A stretch of DNA of 64,000 bases from a bacterium (GCA_021802705.1 JAJZRL010000002.1:25913-89912); one strand, 5' to 3'; positions 1-9,172 are shown, counted from the first letter of the stretch. Numbers and translations: made by a program. The notes: a model not told the origin generated them from the sequence alone.

Positions 1-304
1 CGACGACGATCTTGTCCGGAGAGACCCCGTTGCCGCCGTAATAGATGAAGTAACCGGCCGCGCCGAGAGAGACGAGGAAGAACACGAATGCGGCGATGAA
101 GAATATTCCGGCGATATGGACGTGCCGCTCGCCACGATTCGACGGGTTTGGCACCGGATCGTCTTTCCAGGCATGCGGTAAGACCCGCGCTCCTGCAGCG
201 CCAAGCGGCGTCCGCGCGTCGCGCGAAACGGCGTCGGGCGCATAGAGCCGTTTGCGGGCGCGTTCAAGCGAGCTCGTATCGTCGTTTTGGTCGGGAGACG
301 GCAT
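1..304 (-). CDS. hypothetical membrane protein, N-terminal part (gene runs off window start)
   Basis: Reverse-strand reading from ATG at 304: MPSPDQNDDTSSLERARKRLYAPDA...HVHIAGIFFIAAFVFFLVSLGAAGYFIYYGG. One TM helix; open to position 1. Confidence 0.4.
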   Translation of the reverse strand, partial: MPSPDQNDDTSSLERARKRLYAPDAVSRDARTPLGAAGARVLPHAWKDDPVPNPSNRGERHVHIAGIFFIAAFVFFLVSLGAAGYFIYYGGNGVSPDKIVV

Positions 305-329
305 ATCCGTATAAGTATACAACTTCCAA

Positions 330-893
330 CTAGAGTCCCGAAGCGAGGATACCTCGATTGATACGGGCAACGTACCCGGCACGTTCCCGTGCGATATCGG
401 CAAGGAGCGGACGGGTGAAATCAGAGGTTTTGCCAGGTATGCCTCCCGTATCGAGACCGAGGGTAGCGAGCAACCGGAGCACCGCGAGCACCTCAGCGGC
501 ATCATGGTCTTCTTCCGGCAATACCGCGAGCGCTTCGAAAAATCCTGCGAGTACCGGGAAAAGCTCGGGATCCTGAGCTTCGCCTGCAAACCGCAAAAAG
601 AGGCCGGACACGCGACCGGCCCGTTCGCGCGCCACGGGAGTGCGCATCCGCACGAACCAATTCTCAAAAGGAATCGCGCCCGCGAGCCTCCACCCCCCCT
701 TCCCGCGTACGAGAACGAATCCGCTTTCGACGAAAGTCGAAAGCGCGCCCGCGAGTTTCGCGCCAGAGAGGCGCGCGCCCTGCGCGCTCGCACGCACGAG
801 ACCGAGATCTTGTGTCATGAGCGTCATCAAGACGTTCGCTTCTCCGAAGAACGAACGCGCGAGCACGATCCCCCGCGTTTCGTACCTATGCCA
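330..893 (-). CDS. recO: DNA repair protein RecO (short form)
   Basis: C-terminal 187 aa of ORF 330..1112: MWHRYETRGIVLARSFFGEANVLMTLMTQDLGLVRASAQGARLSGAK... matches RecO N-terminal OB-fold pattern. Start chosen at the internal Met that avoids overlap with ileS. Confidence 0.55.
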   Translation of the reverse strand, partial: WHRYETRGIVLARSFFGEANVLMTLMTQDLGLVRASAQGARLSGAKLAGALSTFVESGFVLVRGKGGWRLAGAIPFENWFVRMRTPVARERAGRVSGLFLRFAGEAQDPELFPVLAGFFEALAVLPEEDHDAAEVLAVLRLLATLGLDTGGIPGKTSDFTRPLLADIARERAGYVARINRGILASGL

Positions 894-3800
894 CATCGCG
901 GACAAGATCGAAGCGGACGCGTCCTGTCGACAGCTCGACTTCATACGCGCCTTCGGTACGGATCTCGACGCGCACCGTATCCCTCGGCAGATAAGATTCG
1001 CTCTTGCGGGCTTCCGCAACGGCCCGTGCCATTTCGCGCTCGTCGCCTTCCTTGACGAGCTCGGGCGTGAGGTCGGTGTCGAGCTCGATAGATGCATGGC
1101 CGGTCGAAACATGTTTGACGTTCACTTCTTCCGCGAGAATCTGCGCGAGCTCCTTCTCGAGAAGGTCCGGTACGAGAAGCTTTGCAAGCGGTTGCCGCAC
1201 CCTGATGCCCGCTTTCTGGCGCAGCTGGAGCACATCGGAAGCGAGCGCCCGAACGCGCTCCATGCCGGAGAGGAGCGCGGCATCAGGCCACGCACGGATA
1301 AAGCGTCTCGTTTTCCCCGCAAAGGAATCGGACGGCCAATGGGCGAGGTGCACGCTTATCGTATCGTCCTCGTAGCGAACGCGATTGAAAACCTCTTCGG
1401 CGAGAAACGGCATGACCGGCGCGATAATCACCGAGAATTCGCGAAGCACGTGTCGGAGCGTCGCGAGCGCCCGCTCCTTATCCTTCTCATCGGAACCCTT
1501 GATCCTCTCGCGCGAACGACGGACATACCACGTCGAGAGATCTTCTATGAAGTCCCGCATGGGGCGCGTCCCGCGCGGGATATCGTACCGATCAAACGCG
1601 CTCGTTACGTCACGCACGAGCATGGAGAGGCGGAGCAGTATCCAACGGTCGAGCGGGTGTTCGCTCTCGATGGAAGGCGCGGCCGGCGGCCCCTCCTTCG
1701 CGAAAAGCGTGTAGAAAGAGAGGACGTTCCGCAGCATGTTCACCACCCGCGCATGCGCCTCGCGCACGTCTTCGTCGCGAAACACGAGATCTTCGGCCTG
1801 CATGATGACCGAAGACATGAGGTAGTAGCGGAACGCATCCGCTCCGTAGCGATCGAAGAGATAGAGAGGATCCGTATAATTCCCCTTGCTTTTGGAGATC
1901 TTCGCGCCATCGACAGCAAGCACGTTTCCGGTCGTCACGACATGACGGAAAGCGAGCCGGTCAAAAAGCTCGACGCTCATGGCATGGAGATAGTAAAACC
2001 ACGCCCGTGTCTGGCCGATATACTCCGCGACGAAATCGCCCGGCGAACGCTTCTCGAACTCACCCCGATTTTCAAAGGGATAATGGTATTCGGCAAAAGG
2101 CATCGCGCCGGATTCGACCCAGCAGTCGACGACTTCCGGAATACGTTTCAGCGCTTTCCCGTGTTCGTCCCTAAGCTCGAGCCGGTCAATGTATGGAAGA
2201 TGATAGTCGAGCTCGTAGTCGGCATTATGCGGCAAAGGAACGAAATCGAGCGCGAGCGTTTCTCCGGTCTTGAAATCTGATGTATGCACGATGTCCGCGA
2301 ACCCTTGCGTGTCGGCTCCGCGCGCGACGGCAAGGAGCGATTCGAGGCCTATCCCGTGCGTCACGATAAGCACGCGTTTCCCGCTCTCTGCCGCCTCGAT
2401 CTCATAGAGGAAGTCGCCGAACCGCCGTTTCGCTTCCTTGTAGCTTTCGCCGCCCGGCATAGCGTCAGTGAACGGCGACTCCTGAGCATCGCGATACGCG
2501 ACGAAATCCGCGAGCGGCTTCCCGGAGAGCGCCCCGAAATCAAGCTCTCGCAGCCGCTCGTCGAAGCGCAGGGCGGAATGCGGGATGCCGAGTATGGAAG
2601 CGACGACTTCGGCAGTCTCTTTCGTCCTCATGAACGGCGAAACGTAGATGATATCGATGCCCGTGTGCGAGAGCGTATGGGCGGCCTGGCGCACCTCCGC
2701 TTTCCCGCGCTCGGTGAGGTTATTGCTCAAGGGATCAGAGCTTACGATATTCTTGAGATTCTTTTCGCTCTCCCCGTGCCGCATCACGAAATACGTGTTT
2801 CCGCTTCTCTTCGTATGCGCTTTGAGCTCTTCGAGGGAGCCGATAATCGTCACGTTCCCTTCCTGGTCCTTCCATATGGGAAGCGGGCTCGCCCAGAAAC
2901 GATTGCGAGAAATCGTCCAATCCGGCGCGCTCTCGATAATATGCCGGAAACGGCCTTCTTTCAGGTGCTTCGGTATCCAGTCGATCTTTTCGTTTTCAGC
3001 AAGCATGCGCTTTTTAACCGACTGGATATCGATAAACCAGCTTGCGACGGCGTTATAGATGAGCGGCGTGCCGCAACGATAACAGTGCGGGTACGAGTGC
3101 GTGTGCGGCGCCTTGGCGAAAAACAGTCCGCGATCCTCAAGATCCTCTATGATCTTCGCGTTCGCCTTCCTGAGATATTCCCCGCGCAAAAACTCTGGAA
3201 CGTCGTCAGTGTAGGTACCGTTCGGATTCAAGAGCTGCACCATCGGCAGACCGTGCTTTTTGCCGAGATTAAAGTCGTCCTCGCCATACATCGGCGCGAT
3301 GTGCACGATGCCGGTGCCGTCTTCCGTCGTAACGAAATCGCCGGAACAGACGCTCCAGGTCCTATCATTTCTTTGCGCGATAATCGCGTCTATCCGATAC
3401 GGGGGTTCGTACTGCACGAATCCTCCTTTCGCATCCGTATGCGCCAACTCGCTTCCTTCGAAGGTCCGCTGCGGATCTTTCAATCCATAATCCGCCGCTC
3501 TCGCCTCGGCGAGGATGAGCGTCTCGCCGTCGTGCGCGTATGCGCCATAGCGGACTTCCGGATTGACCGCGAGCGCGACGTTACCCGGCAGCGTCCACGG
3601 CGTCGTCGTCCATGCGAGGAAATAAACGTCTCCCGCAAGCCCGAGGTTTCCGGGATCCGCCATCCTGAACTTGACCGTTACCGCCTCCTCGTCGATGTTT
3701 TTATACGTATTATCCATCGCGATCTCGGCCTTCGCCAAGGGCGTCTCGCAATGCGGGCAGTACATGAGCACCTTCCGTCCTTCATAGAGCCGGCCTTTCT

Positions 3801-4305
3801 TGTGGATCTCCTTCAGAGCCCACCACACGCTCTCGATGAAAGAGTTGTCCATCGTCTTGTACGAATTGTCGAAATCGACCCAGCGCCCGATACGTTCGAT
3901 ATACCGTTTCCAATCACGCACGTATGCGAGAACCATCTCCCGCGCGGTCTCGTTGAACTTTTCAATGCCAAGCGCAAGGATGTCCTTCTTGTTTTTGAGC
4001 CCGAGCGTTTTCTCGACTATCGACTCGATAGGAAGCCCGTGCGTATCCCACCCCCACCGACGACGGACGCGATACCCGCGCATCGTCTTATACCGCGGAA
4101 TGACATCCTTCGATATGGAAGAGAGCAGCGAGCCGGTATGCGGCAATCCGGTGGCGAACGGCGGGCCGTCGTAAAAGACGAATTCGCCTTTCGGTGCCTT
4201 CTTTTGGAGCGATTTTTCGAAAATATCGTTCTTTTTCCAAAAAAGGAGCGTTTCCTCCTCCTTCATTGCGACCTCCGACTTCGGTTCAGGACCATCCTTG
4301 CTCAT
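886..4305 (-). CDS. ileS: isoleucyl-tRNA synthetase with an inserted histidine-phosphatase-like domain
   Basis: 1139 aa with class I aaRS motifs: PFATGLPHTGS (HIGH-like), WTISRNRFWASPLPIW, KISKSKGN (KMSKS). Strong IleRS-like N-terminus (LLFWKKNDIFEKS). Residues ~500-700 carry an RHG phosphatase signature. Confidence 0.9.
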   Translation of the reverse strand: MSKDGPEPKSEVAMKEEETLLFWKKNDIFEKSLQKKAPKGEFVFYDGPPFATGLPHTGSLLSSISKDVIPRYKTMRGYRVRRRWGWDTHGLPIESIVEKTLGLKNKKDILALGIEKFNETAREMVLAYVRDWKRYIERIGRWVDFDNSYKTMDNSFIESVWWALKEIHKKGRLYEGRKVLMYCPHCETPLAKAEIAMDNTYKNIDEEAVTVKFRMADPGNLGLAGDVYFLAWTTTPWTLPGNVALAVNPEVRYGAYAHDGETLILAEARAADYGLKDPQRTFEGSELAHTDAKGGFVQYEPPYRIDAIIAQRNDRTWSVCSGDFVTTEDGTGIVHIAPMYGEDDFNLGKKHGLPMVQLLNPNGTYTDDVPEFLRGEYLRKANAKIIEDLEDRGLFFAKAPHTHSYPHCYRCGTPLIYNAVASWFIDIQSVKKRMLAENEKIDWIPKHLKEGRFRHIIESAPDWTISRNRFWASPLPIWKDQEGNVTIIGSLEELKAHTKRSGNTYFVMRHGESEKNLKNIVSSDPLSNNLTERGKAEVRQAAHTLSHTGIDIIYVSPFMRTKETAEVVASILGIPHSALRFDERLRELDFGALSGKPLADFVAYRDAQESPFTDAMPGGESYKEAKRRFGDFLYEIEAAESGKRVLIVTHGIGLESLLAVARGADTQGFADIVHTSDFKTGETLALDFVPLPHNADYELDYHLPYIDRLELRDEHGKALKRIPEVVDCWVESGAMPFAEYHYPFENRGEFEKRSPGDFVAEYIGQTRAWFYYLHAMSVELFDRLAFRHVVTTGNVLAVDGAKISKSKGNYTDPLYLFDRYGADAFRYYLMSSVIMQAEDLVFRDEDVREAHARVVNMLRNVLSFYTLFAKEGPPAAPSIESEHPLDRWILLRLSMLVRDVTSAFDRYDIPRGTRPMRDFIEDLSTWYVRRSRERIKGSDEKDKERALATLRHVLREFSVIIAPVMPFLAEEVFNRVRYEDDTISVHLAHWPSDSFAGKTRRFIRAWPDAALLSGMERVRALASDVLQLRQKAGIRVRQPLAKLLVPDLLEKELAQILAEEVNVKHVSTGHASIELDTDLTPELVKEGDEREMARAVAEARKSESYLPRDTVRVEIRTEGAYEVELSTGRVRFDLVRDVA

Positions 4306-4335
4306 CTTCGACAGTGTACCGCTTTCTCACATCTA

Positions 4336-4377
4336 AATAAAGAAAAACGGCTACAGGAATGTAATGTCCTGTAGCCG
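4336..4377 (-). terminator. rho-independent terminator for the 4391..4777 gene
   Basis: Perfect 11-bp stem cggctacagga/tcctgtagccg with a 7-nt loop (4348..4377). It is followed on the minus strand by a T-run (plus-strand aaataaagaaaaa). Confidence 0.5.
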
Positions 4378-4390
4378 TGTGTTCATTTGA

Positions 4391-4777
4391 TCACGCCCTC
4401 ATCGCCAAAGACGGTCGTAAGGGTCGGGCGTATTTCTTCTCGTGCTCCTTGCGAGAACGAGGGGCGCCGGATGTCATGACTCCTTCAGCGTACGCGATGA
4501 CATAACGAGGGATGCGATATCTCGGGTCGGCAACAACGCCTTGCATCTTGAAAAGGAGGAACCTTTTCACGTCGGCCTTGATGGCTTCCATGAACGCTTC
4601 CGCATCATCTCCGAAGAGCAGTTTTGCGTTTCGCGCCCTTCGCTTCTCGTTCTCTGCCAGCGCCGCGTATGCGAAAAACCTCTCGATCGAGCAGCCGCAC
4701 TTCCTCGCCGCCTCGCTCACGCAACGAACGGAACTGCATCCGTTCGATTTTTTCTTTGAAGACATAACGCCCTCCAA
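4391..4777 (-). CDS. hypothetical small protein with an N-terminal 4-Cys cluster
   Basis: 128 aa ORF MEGVMSSKKKSNGCSSVRCVSEAARKCGCSIE... with C-x4-C-x9-C-x-C; it has its own terminator. No recognisable family. Confidence 0.4.
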   Translation of the reverse strand: MEGVMSSKKKSNGCSSVRCVSEAARKCGCSIERFFAYAALAENEKRRARNAKLLFGDDAEAFMEAIKADVKRFLLFKMQGVVADPRYRIPRYVIAYAEGVMTSGAPRSRKEHEKKYARPLRPSLAMRA

Positions 4778-4842
4778 ACGGTCGTGCTGCGCGGGATTGC
4801 GCAGCTACGCGCGAATATAACGCATCGGAAGCGGAAGCGCAA

Positions 4843-6501
4843 TCACATCGTTTTCGGGGTGGGGATACCGAGAAGCGCGAGACCGTTTGTCATCGTGTTG
4901 GCGAATGCGCGGACAAGCATGAGCTTATGCGCCTCATGGTCGCCGCCCACGATACGCTCTTTCGCATAAAAAGCGTTCCACTCCCCCGCCGCTTCGATGA
5001 TGTAGTTCGCAAGCAGGTTCGGTGCAAACTCGCGCGCGGCCCGCGCGGCGACTTCCGGAAAATGCAGAAGGACGCGTTCAAGGAGATACGGTTCACGCGA
5101 AGGATCGGCCGGTATCGCGCTTTTCGCGCTTTCCGGCGCGCGTGCGAGCACCGAACGGGCGCGCACGAGCGCATATTGCAGGTAAGGTCCGGAATCGCCC
5201 TCGAGCGAAAGCGACCTTTCCGGATCGAAAACGATATCTTGTCCGGGCGCTTGCCGCAGGATCATGTACTTTATGGCGCCGATGGCTACTTGCTCGGCAA
5301 CGAGCGGATCGGGGTTCTTTTCGCCCGCTCTCGCGATAACGCTGCGGATGAAGTCTTCGGCGGCGATGATATTGCCTTCGCGCGAACTCATCTTGCCGGA
5401 CGTAAGCTTCAGGAATCCGTTTGCGACATGCTTCGTCTTCGCGGCGACAAGCGGGGCGCTGTCGCGAAGCGCCGCGAGCACCGTCTTAAACCGGCCTGTC
5501 TGCTCGCTGCCGGAGACGATGATGCTCGCGTCTGAAGCCCACCGCTCTTCTTTGAGGAACGCGAGGCCGATGTCTTTCGCTTCGTAGGTAGGCGTCCCAT
5601 GCGAGGTGATGAATACCATCGTGTCTACGCCTTTCGCTTCGCCATCATAGATGACGGCGCCATCGCTCTCTTTGAACACACCCTTCGCGAGGCCGTCGCG
5701 TACGACACGCATGCCGATCTCGACCGTATCGCTGTCAAAGAATTCGAAATCGAAGCGGGTACCGAGCACGCGCCAGATGCGCCGGAACTCTTCGGTCGAC
5801 ACATCGCGCCCGCGGCGCCAAAGCTCCGCAAGAGCGCCATCTGAACCGGCATAGAGGGCTTGATTGAGTGAGTCTATCTCTTCTTTCGCGCGCGGATCGC
5901 TCTCGTATGCGGTTGAACCTTCGATATAAGCAGTACCGATTTGCTGTGCCGAAACCGGCTCCGCAATACCCTTCTTACGGAGTCCCCAGAGCGCTTTCGC
6001 GACGTTAGGGCCGATATCGCCTCCGAAAGTCGCGCGCGCAACGGTCGCGCCACAATTTTCGATAAGCCGCGACAGCGCTTCGCCGATGATCGTCCCGACG
6101 AGGTGTCCGATATGCATTTCCTTGAAGGCGTTCGGATTCGAATACTCTATGAAAACGCGCTTGCCTTTTTCGGCAGTATTCCTCCCCCACGTTTCGCCCT
6201 GTGCATCCGCTTCGGCGACAGCGAGCGTCACGGCATTGCGGGAAAGCGTGATATTCACGAAACCGGGACCTGCCGCTTCGATCTTCGCGGCCGCAGCGCC
6301 GAGCGCGCTCGCAAGGGAGCGCGCGAGCTCGTCCGCGAGCTCGCGCGGACTCCTGCCGATCTGCTTTGCCGAGACGAGCGCCGCGTTGGTCGCATAGTCG
6401 CCGTACGCGGCGTCGCCCGGCCGCTCGACGGTAAACGCGACGCCTTCTGCGCCGAGCTTCGCAAGCGCGCTTCCTACCGCTTCTCGTATGTTGCCTTCCA
6501 T
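4843..6501 (-). CDS. argS: arginyl-tRNA synthetase
   Basis: NPNAFKEMHIGHLVGT (HIGH), KMSSR (KMSK variant), and overall ArgRS architecture. Start set at MEGNIREAV (ORF extends to 6594). Confidence 0.9.
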   Translation of the reverse strand: MEGNIREAVGSALAKLGAEGVAFTVERPGDAAYGDYATNAALVSAKQIGRSPRELADELARSLASALGAAAAKIEAAGPGFVNITLSRNAVTLAVAEADAQGETWGRNTAEKGKRVFIEYSNPNAFKEMHIGHLVGTIIGEALSRLIENCGATVARATFGGDIGPNVAKALWGLRKKGIAEPVSAQQIGTAYIEGSTAYESDPRAKEEIDSLNQALYAGSDGALAELWRRGRDVSTEEFRRIWRVLGTRFDFEFFDSDTVEIGMRVVRDGLAKGVFKESDGAVIYDGEAKGVDTMVFITSHGTPTYEAKDIGLAFLKEERWASDASIIVSGSEQTGRFKTVLAALRDSAPLVAAKTKHVANGFLKLTSGKMSSREGNIIAAEDFIRSVIARAGEKNPDPLVAEQVAIGAIKYMILRQAPGQDIVFDPERSLSLEGDSGPYLQYALVRARSVLARAPESAKSAIPADPSREPYLLERVLLHFPEVAARAAREFAPNLLANYIIEAAGEWNAFYAKERIVGGDHEAHKLMLVRAFANTMTNGLALLGIPTPKTM

Positions 6502-6565
6502 ACCGACGAGTGTAGCAGAAATAAGAAAAAGCCGGCGCGCAAAAGCGCGCCGGACTATGGCACCG

Positions 6566-6901
6566 TCATCTCGAATGCGCAGCGTGATGCACACTTGCTT
6601 CGCATCGAGGAGACGGGGCTGGAACGTCGTTGTGTATCGGGCATTCGTTGCTTATGAGCGCGACTCCGTTTTCTGGTTCCGGACACTGGCAGTCGCACGT
6701 TCGCGTACAGGTGCATTCGTCGGATTTCTCCTTGTTGTCGATCGCTTCGAGAACGACACATGGATACATCCTTCCGTCCGCCCCTTCGTCGTAAGTAACT
6801 CTTGCATTTATCTCAATAGCGAGACGGCCGTTTTCGTATATCAATGCCTTCGCGGGTTTGCTAGACGTTGCCGCTTCTTGCTGAATCTTGACTTCCAGCA
6901 T
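6566..6901 (-). CDS. hypothetical Cys-rich small protein
   Basis: Internal Met of ORF 6566..7075: MLEVKIQQEAATSSKPAKALIYENGRLAIEINARVTYDEGADGRMYPCVVLEAIDNKEKSDECTCTRTCDCQCPEPENG...ECPIHNDVP. No known family recognised. Confidence 0.4.
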   Translation of the reverse strand: MLEVKIQQEAATSSKPAKALIYENGRLAIEINARVTYDEGADGRMYPCVVLEAIDNKEKSDECTCTRTCDCQCPEPENGVALISNECPIHNDVPAPSPRCEASVHHAAHSR

Positions 6902-7004
6902 GACTGGACTCCTTTTGAAGTTGATCCGAGGCCATCCTACACCAAACCGAACGAATAAAGAAGCAGCCCCGCAGCGGCATAGCCGCTGCGGGGCTGAAGA
7001 TGAG

Positions 7005-8093
7005 TTAGGTTTTCTTGAAGTGCTTCGAAAGCCGTGCGGCGCGCTGGTCGGTGTAGTTCGACGCAGCCATATCATACAGGGTCTCGGGCACCTCTTTCAT
7101 ATACTCATACCGGATACGCGCGATTGCTTGGCCATCTCGTACGAGCATGTCCTCCTGCGGGATGACCTCGAGCGTAATGGGCCGCCCGCACGCTTTTCCG
7201 TCTGAACCGTATCCCCAACCCGGATCGATATATCCGGCGGCATGCGAGCGATACTCGCCAAGCCGCGGATCTATGGCGCGTAGTTCCGCCGAAAGATTCG
7301 GCGGAACCATGATGTGCTCCGGCGTCGTGAGTATGTAGAAGCTGCCTTTCCGCAAGATATGCTTCCTGTCGGAAATCCGTATCGGCTTGAAGAAGTCCTC
7401 CAGATCGTAGAAGTTGCACTTATCCAGATCAAGCACCTTGCGCGTTCCGCGACATTCCCACCCCATCATCTCGCCCACGCGGAGCGTAAGCAGAAACGAA
7501 TCGGCATGCCGTCTCATCTCGCCGAAAGAGAGTTTCCTCCCCTTCTCGTCGAAGATGAGACCGTGTCGCCCTATCGCAAGTTCGGTGTGCAAGTCGTCAA
7601 GGAATGATTTTCCGTCGAAGAGCCGCATCTGCGACACGGCGAGGCCGGGATGGACGAGGACCGGGAAATAATCCGGCCGCGCGAGCACCCACATCTCTCC
7701 CGACCATCCCGGACCTATCAGAGCATCATACATATCAACATCGTCCGCGACCGTACGGCAGAAGAAACCGTTCCTGCCGGTCGAAGACTTCGGATTCGCA
7801 TAGCCGTAGATCATACTCGGGAGCCTCCATTCCCCCGCGATACGGATGAGATACGGCACCCCGACTTCAAGCGGATTGCTAAAGTTGTGCGGCGTTGCGC
7901 CGACAAGCGGCAAGAGATCGCGTACCTTCTCACCGCGAAGCGGCAGGAAGATGCTTTCGAGCCGGTAGGCTTCATCCGCAAGCGGCAGGTCGATCGACGC
8001 CGGGTTAAGGTAGCGCTCGTCGACGCCGATAATGCAGCCTGTTGCGCACAGTTCCCGAAGCATCTGCTTCGGCAAAACGCCTGTTCTCGACAT
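7005..8093 (-). CDS. 2'-deoxycytidine 5'-triphosphate deaminase, long (DCD/PF06559-like) form
   Basis: 362 aa. MSRTGVLPKQMLRELCATGCIIGVDERYLNPASIDLPLADEAYRL resembles the dCTP-deaminase N-terminus; IDPGWGYGSDG is a deaminase-like glycine-rich motif. Confidence 0.65.
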   Translation of the reverse strand: MSRTGVLPKQMLRELCATGCIIGVDERYLNPASIDLPLADEAYRLESIFLPLRGEKVRDLLPLVGATPHNFSNPLEVGVPYLIRIAGEWRLPSMIYGYANPKSSTGRNGFFCRTVADDVDMYDALIGPGWSGEMWVLARPDYFPVLVHPGLAVSQMRLFDGKSFLDDLHTELAIGRHGLIFDEKGRKLSFGEMRRHADSFLLTLRVGEMMGWECRGTRKVLDLDKCNFYDLEDFFKPIRISDRKHILRKGSFYILTTPEHIMVPPNLSAELRAIDPRLGEYRSHAAGYIDPGWGYGSDGKACGRPITLEVIPQEDMLVRDGQAIARIRYEYMKEVPETLYDMAASNYTDQRAARLSKHFKKT

Positions 8094-8164
8094 GGTGCTT
8101 CTCCTTCTGTTGGTTGGTACAATCTGCCGGAACTCTACGCGCGCCGAGGATGAAAAGCAAATCA

Positions 8165-8198
8165 GGGAAAAAAGAAAGCGGCAGCCGAAGCTTCCGCT
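8165..8198 (-). terminator. putative rho-independent terminator downstream of thyX
   Basis: Imperfect hairpin agcggcagc-cgaa-gcttccgct preceded on plus by gggaaaaaagaaa (a T-run on the minus strand). Confidence 0.4.
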
Positions 8199-8217
8199 AA
8201 AGTACTCTGCTGGAAAG

Positions 8218-9045
8218 TCAGACTTTCCAGTATTCCGGAACGAATGCTCCGTCCACTTCCTTGAAGTCCCCGAAGAGCTCGGGTACTTCAGCCAGCATGA
8301 TTTTCCCGATCTTTTTAAAAACGTGAATGATTTCTTCTTCGGCTCCCGTATCGGTGCGAAGCGCTATCACGTGCCGAAGCGCCCGCAGATTGAGCGACCA
8401 GACACCGCCGGTGGCTATGCCCATGCCGATACCACGCCGGAATGCCGATGTAAGCACTTTCTTCGCGTGGAACGTGCTTCCCGGTGACAGCTCGTCTTTC
8501 CAGATCGAAGCGAAAGCTACCATCATGGTCTCCTGGCTCTCGAATTGTGCCAGGAGTACTTCGCGGCTGTCCCGTTTCTTTTTGGCTATTTCAGGCGTGT
8601 CAGTGTCGTCCTCACGAAAACATTCCGGCATCCAGAACTTGATATCGGTATAGCGGATGTACCGCATACTCCGTTCCGAGATGCCGACACCCGCACGATG
8701 ACGATTCATCTCGCCCGTGAAGACGCGTGAGCATCCGTTTATGCCGAAGGTGAAGACCGCGTGCTCCATGACCGAGCCGTGCCGTTGCTTGAGGACGTTG
8801 TCGAGGTACTCGACCATATCCTTACGGACCTTGTTGACGTTCGGATTGAGGCCCGGCTGGAATGCCATATAACACTGCTTCGCTGCAAGCGCGACAAGCA
8901 GAGCAGGATCAGAAACCGACTCTTTCGAGGGGATCTCGAACTCGTCAGCACCCATTTCGTCGAGCCATTCGCGAACTGCCCCGCGGTCGACTTGTGTACG
9001 TGCAAGAACACGCACGGTGATTTCGTTGAAGGACTCCGCCATGAT
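8218..9045 (-). CDS. thyX: flavin-dependent thymidylate synthase ThyX
   Basis: ThyX signature NRHRAGVGISERSMRY (RHR...SxRY). Start at MAESFNEITV within ORF 8218..9123. Confidence 0.85.
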   Translation of the reverse strand: MMAESFNEITVRVLARTQVDRGAVREWLDEMGADEFEIPSKESVSDPALLVALAAKQCYMAFQPGLNPNVNKVRKDMVEYLDNVLKQRHGSVMEHAVFTFGINGCSRVFTGEMNRHRAGVGISERSMRYIRYTDIKFWMPECFREDDTDTPEIAKKKRDSREVLLAQFESQETMMVAFASIWKDELSPGSTFHAKKVLTSAFRRGIGMGIATGGVWSLNLRALRHVIALRTDTGAEEEIIHVFKKIGKIMLAEVPELFGDFKEVDGAFVPEYWKV

Positions 9046-9123
9046 GGCTCTCCTGTGAAAGTTGAAAGGTTTGGACGAACAACAATCCGTTCGGACTATA
9101 TGCGCGGAAAAGGTAAAAAGCAA

Positions 9124-9160
9124 CCGCCGCGGAAGCGAAGCTTCCGCGGCGGTCCAAAAT
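9124..9160 (-). terminator. rho-independent terminator after rplK
   Basis: Perfect 13-bp stem ccgccgcggaagc-gaa-gcttccgcggcgg; minus strand then reads ttgcttttta. Confidence 0.6.
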
Positions 9161-9172
9161 CAAACAAGCGCC

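Noticed and set aside
640-4374. Long plus-strand ORFs (640..2280, 546 aa; 2284..4374, 696 aa) antisense to ileS
   Set aside because: Arg/Ala/Pro-rich low-complexity translations typical of antisense frames in high-GC DNA. The opposite strand encodes a full-length IleRS with all class I motifs.
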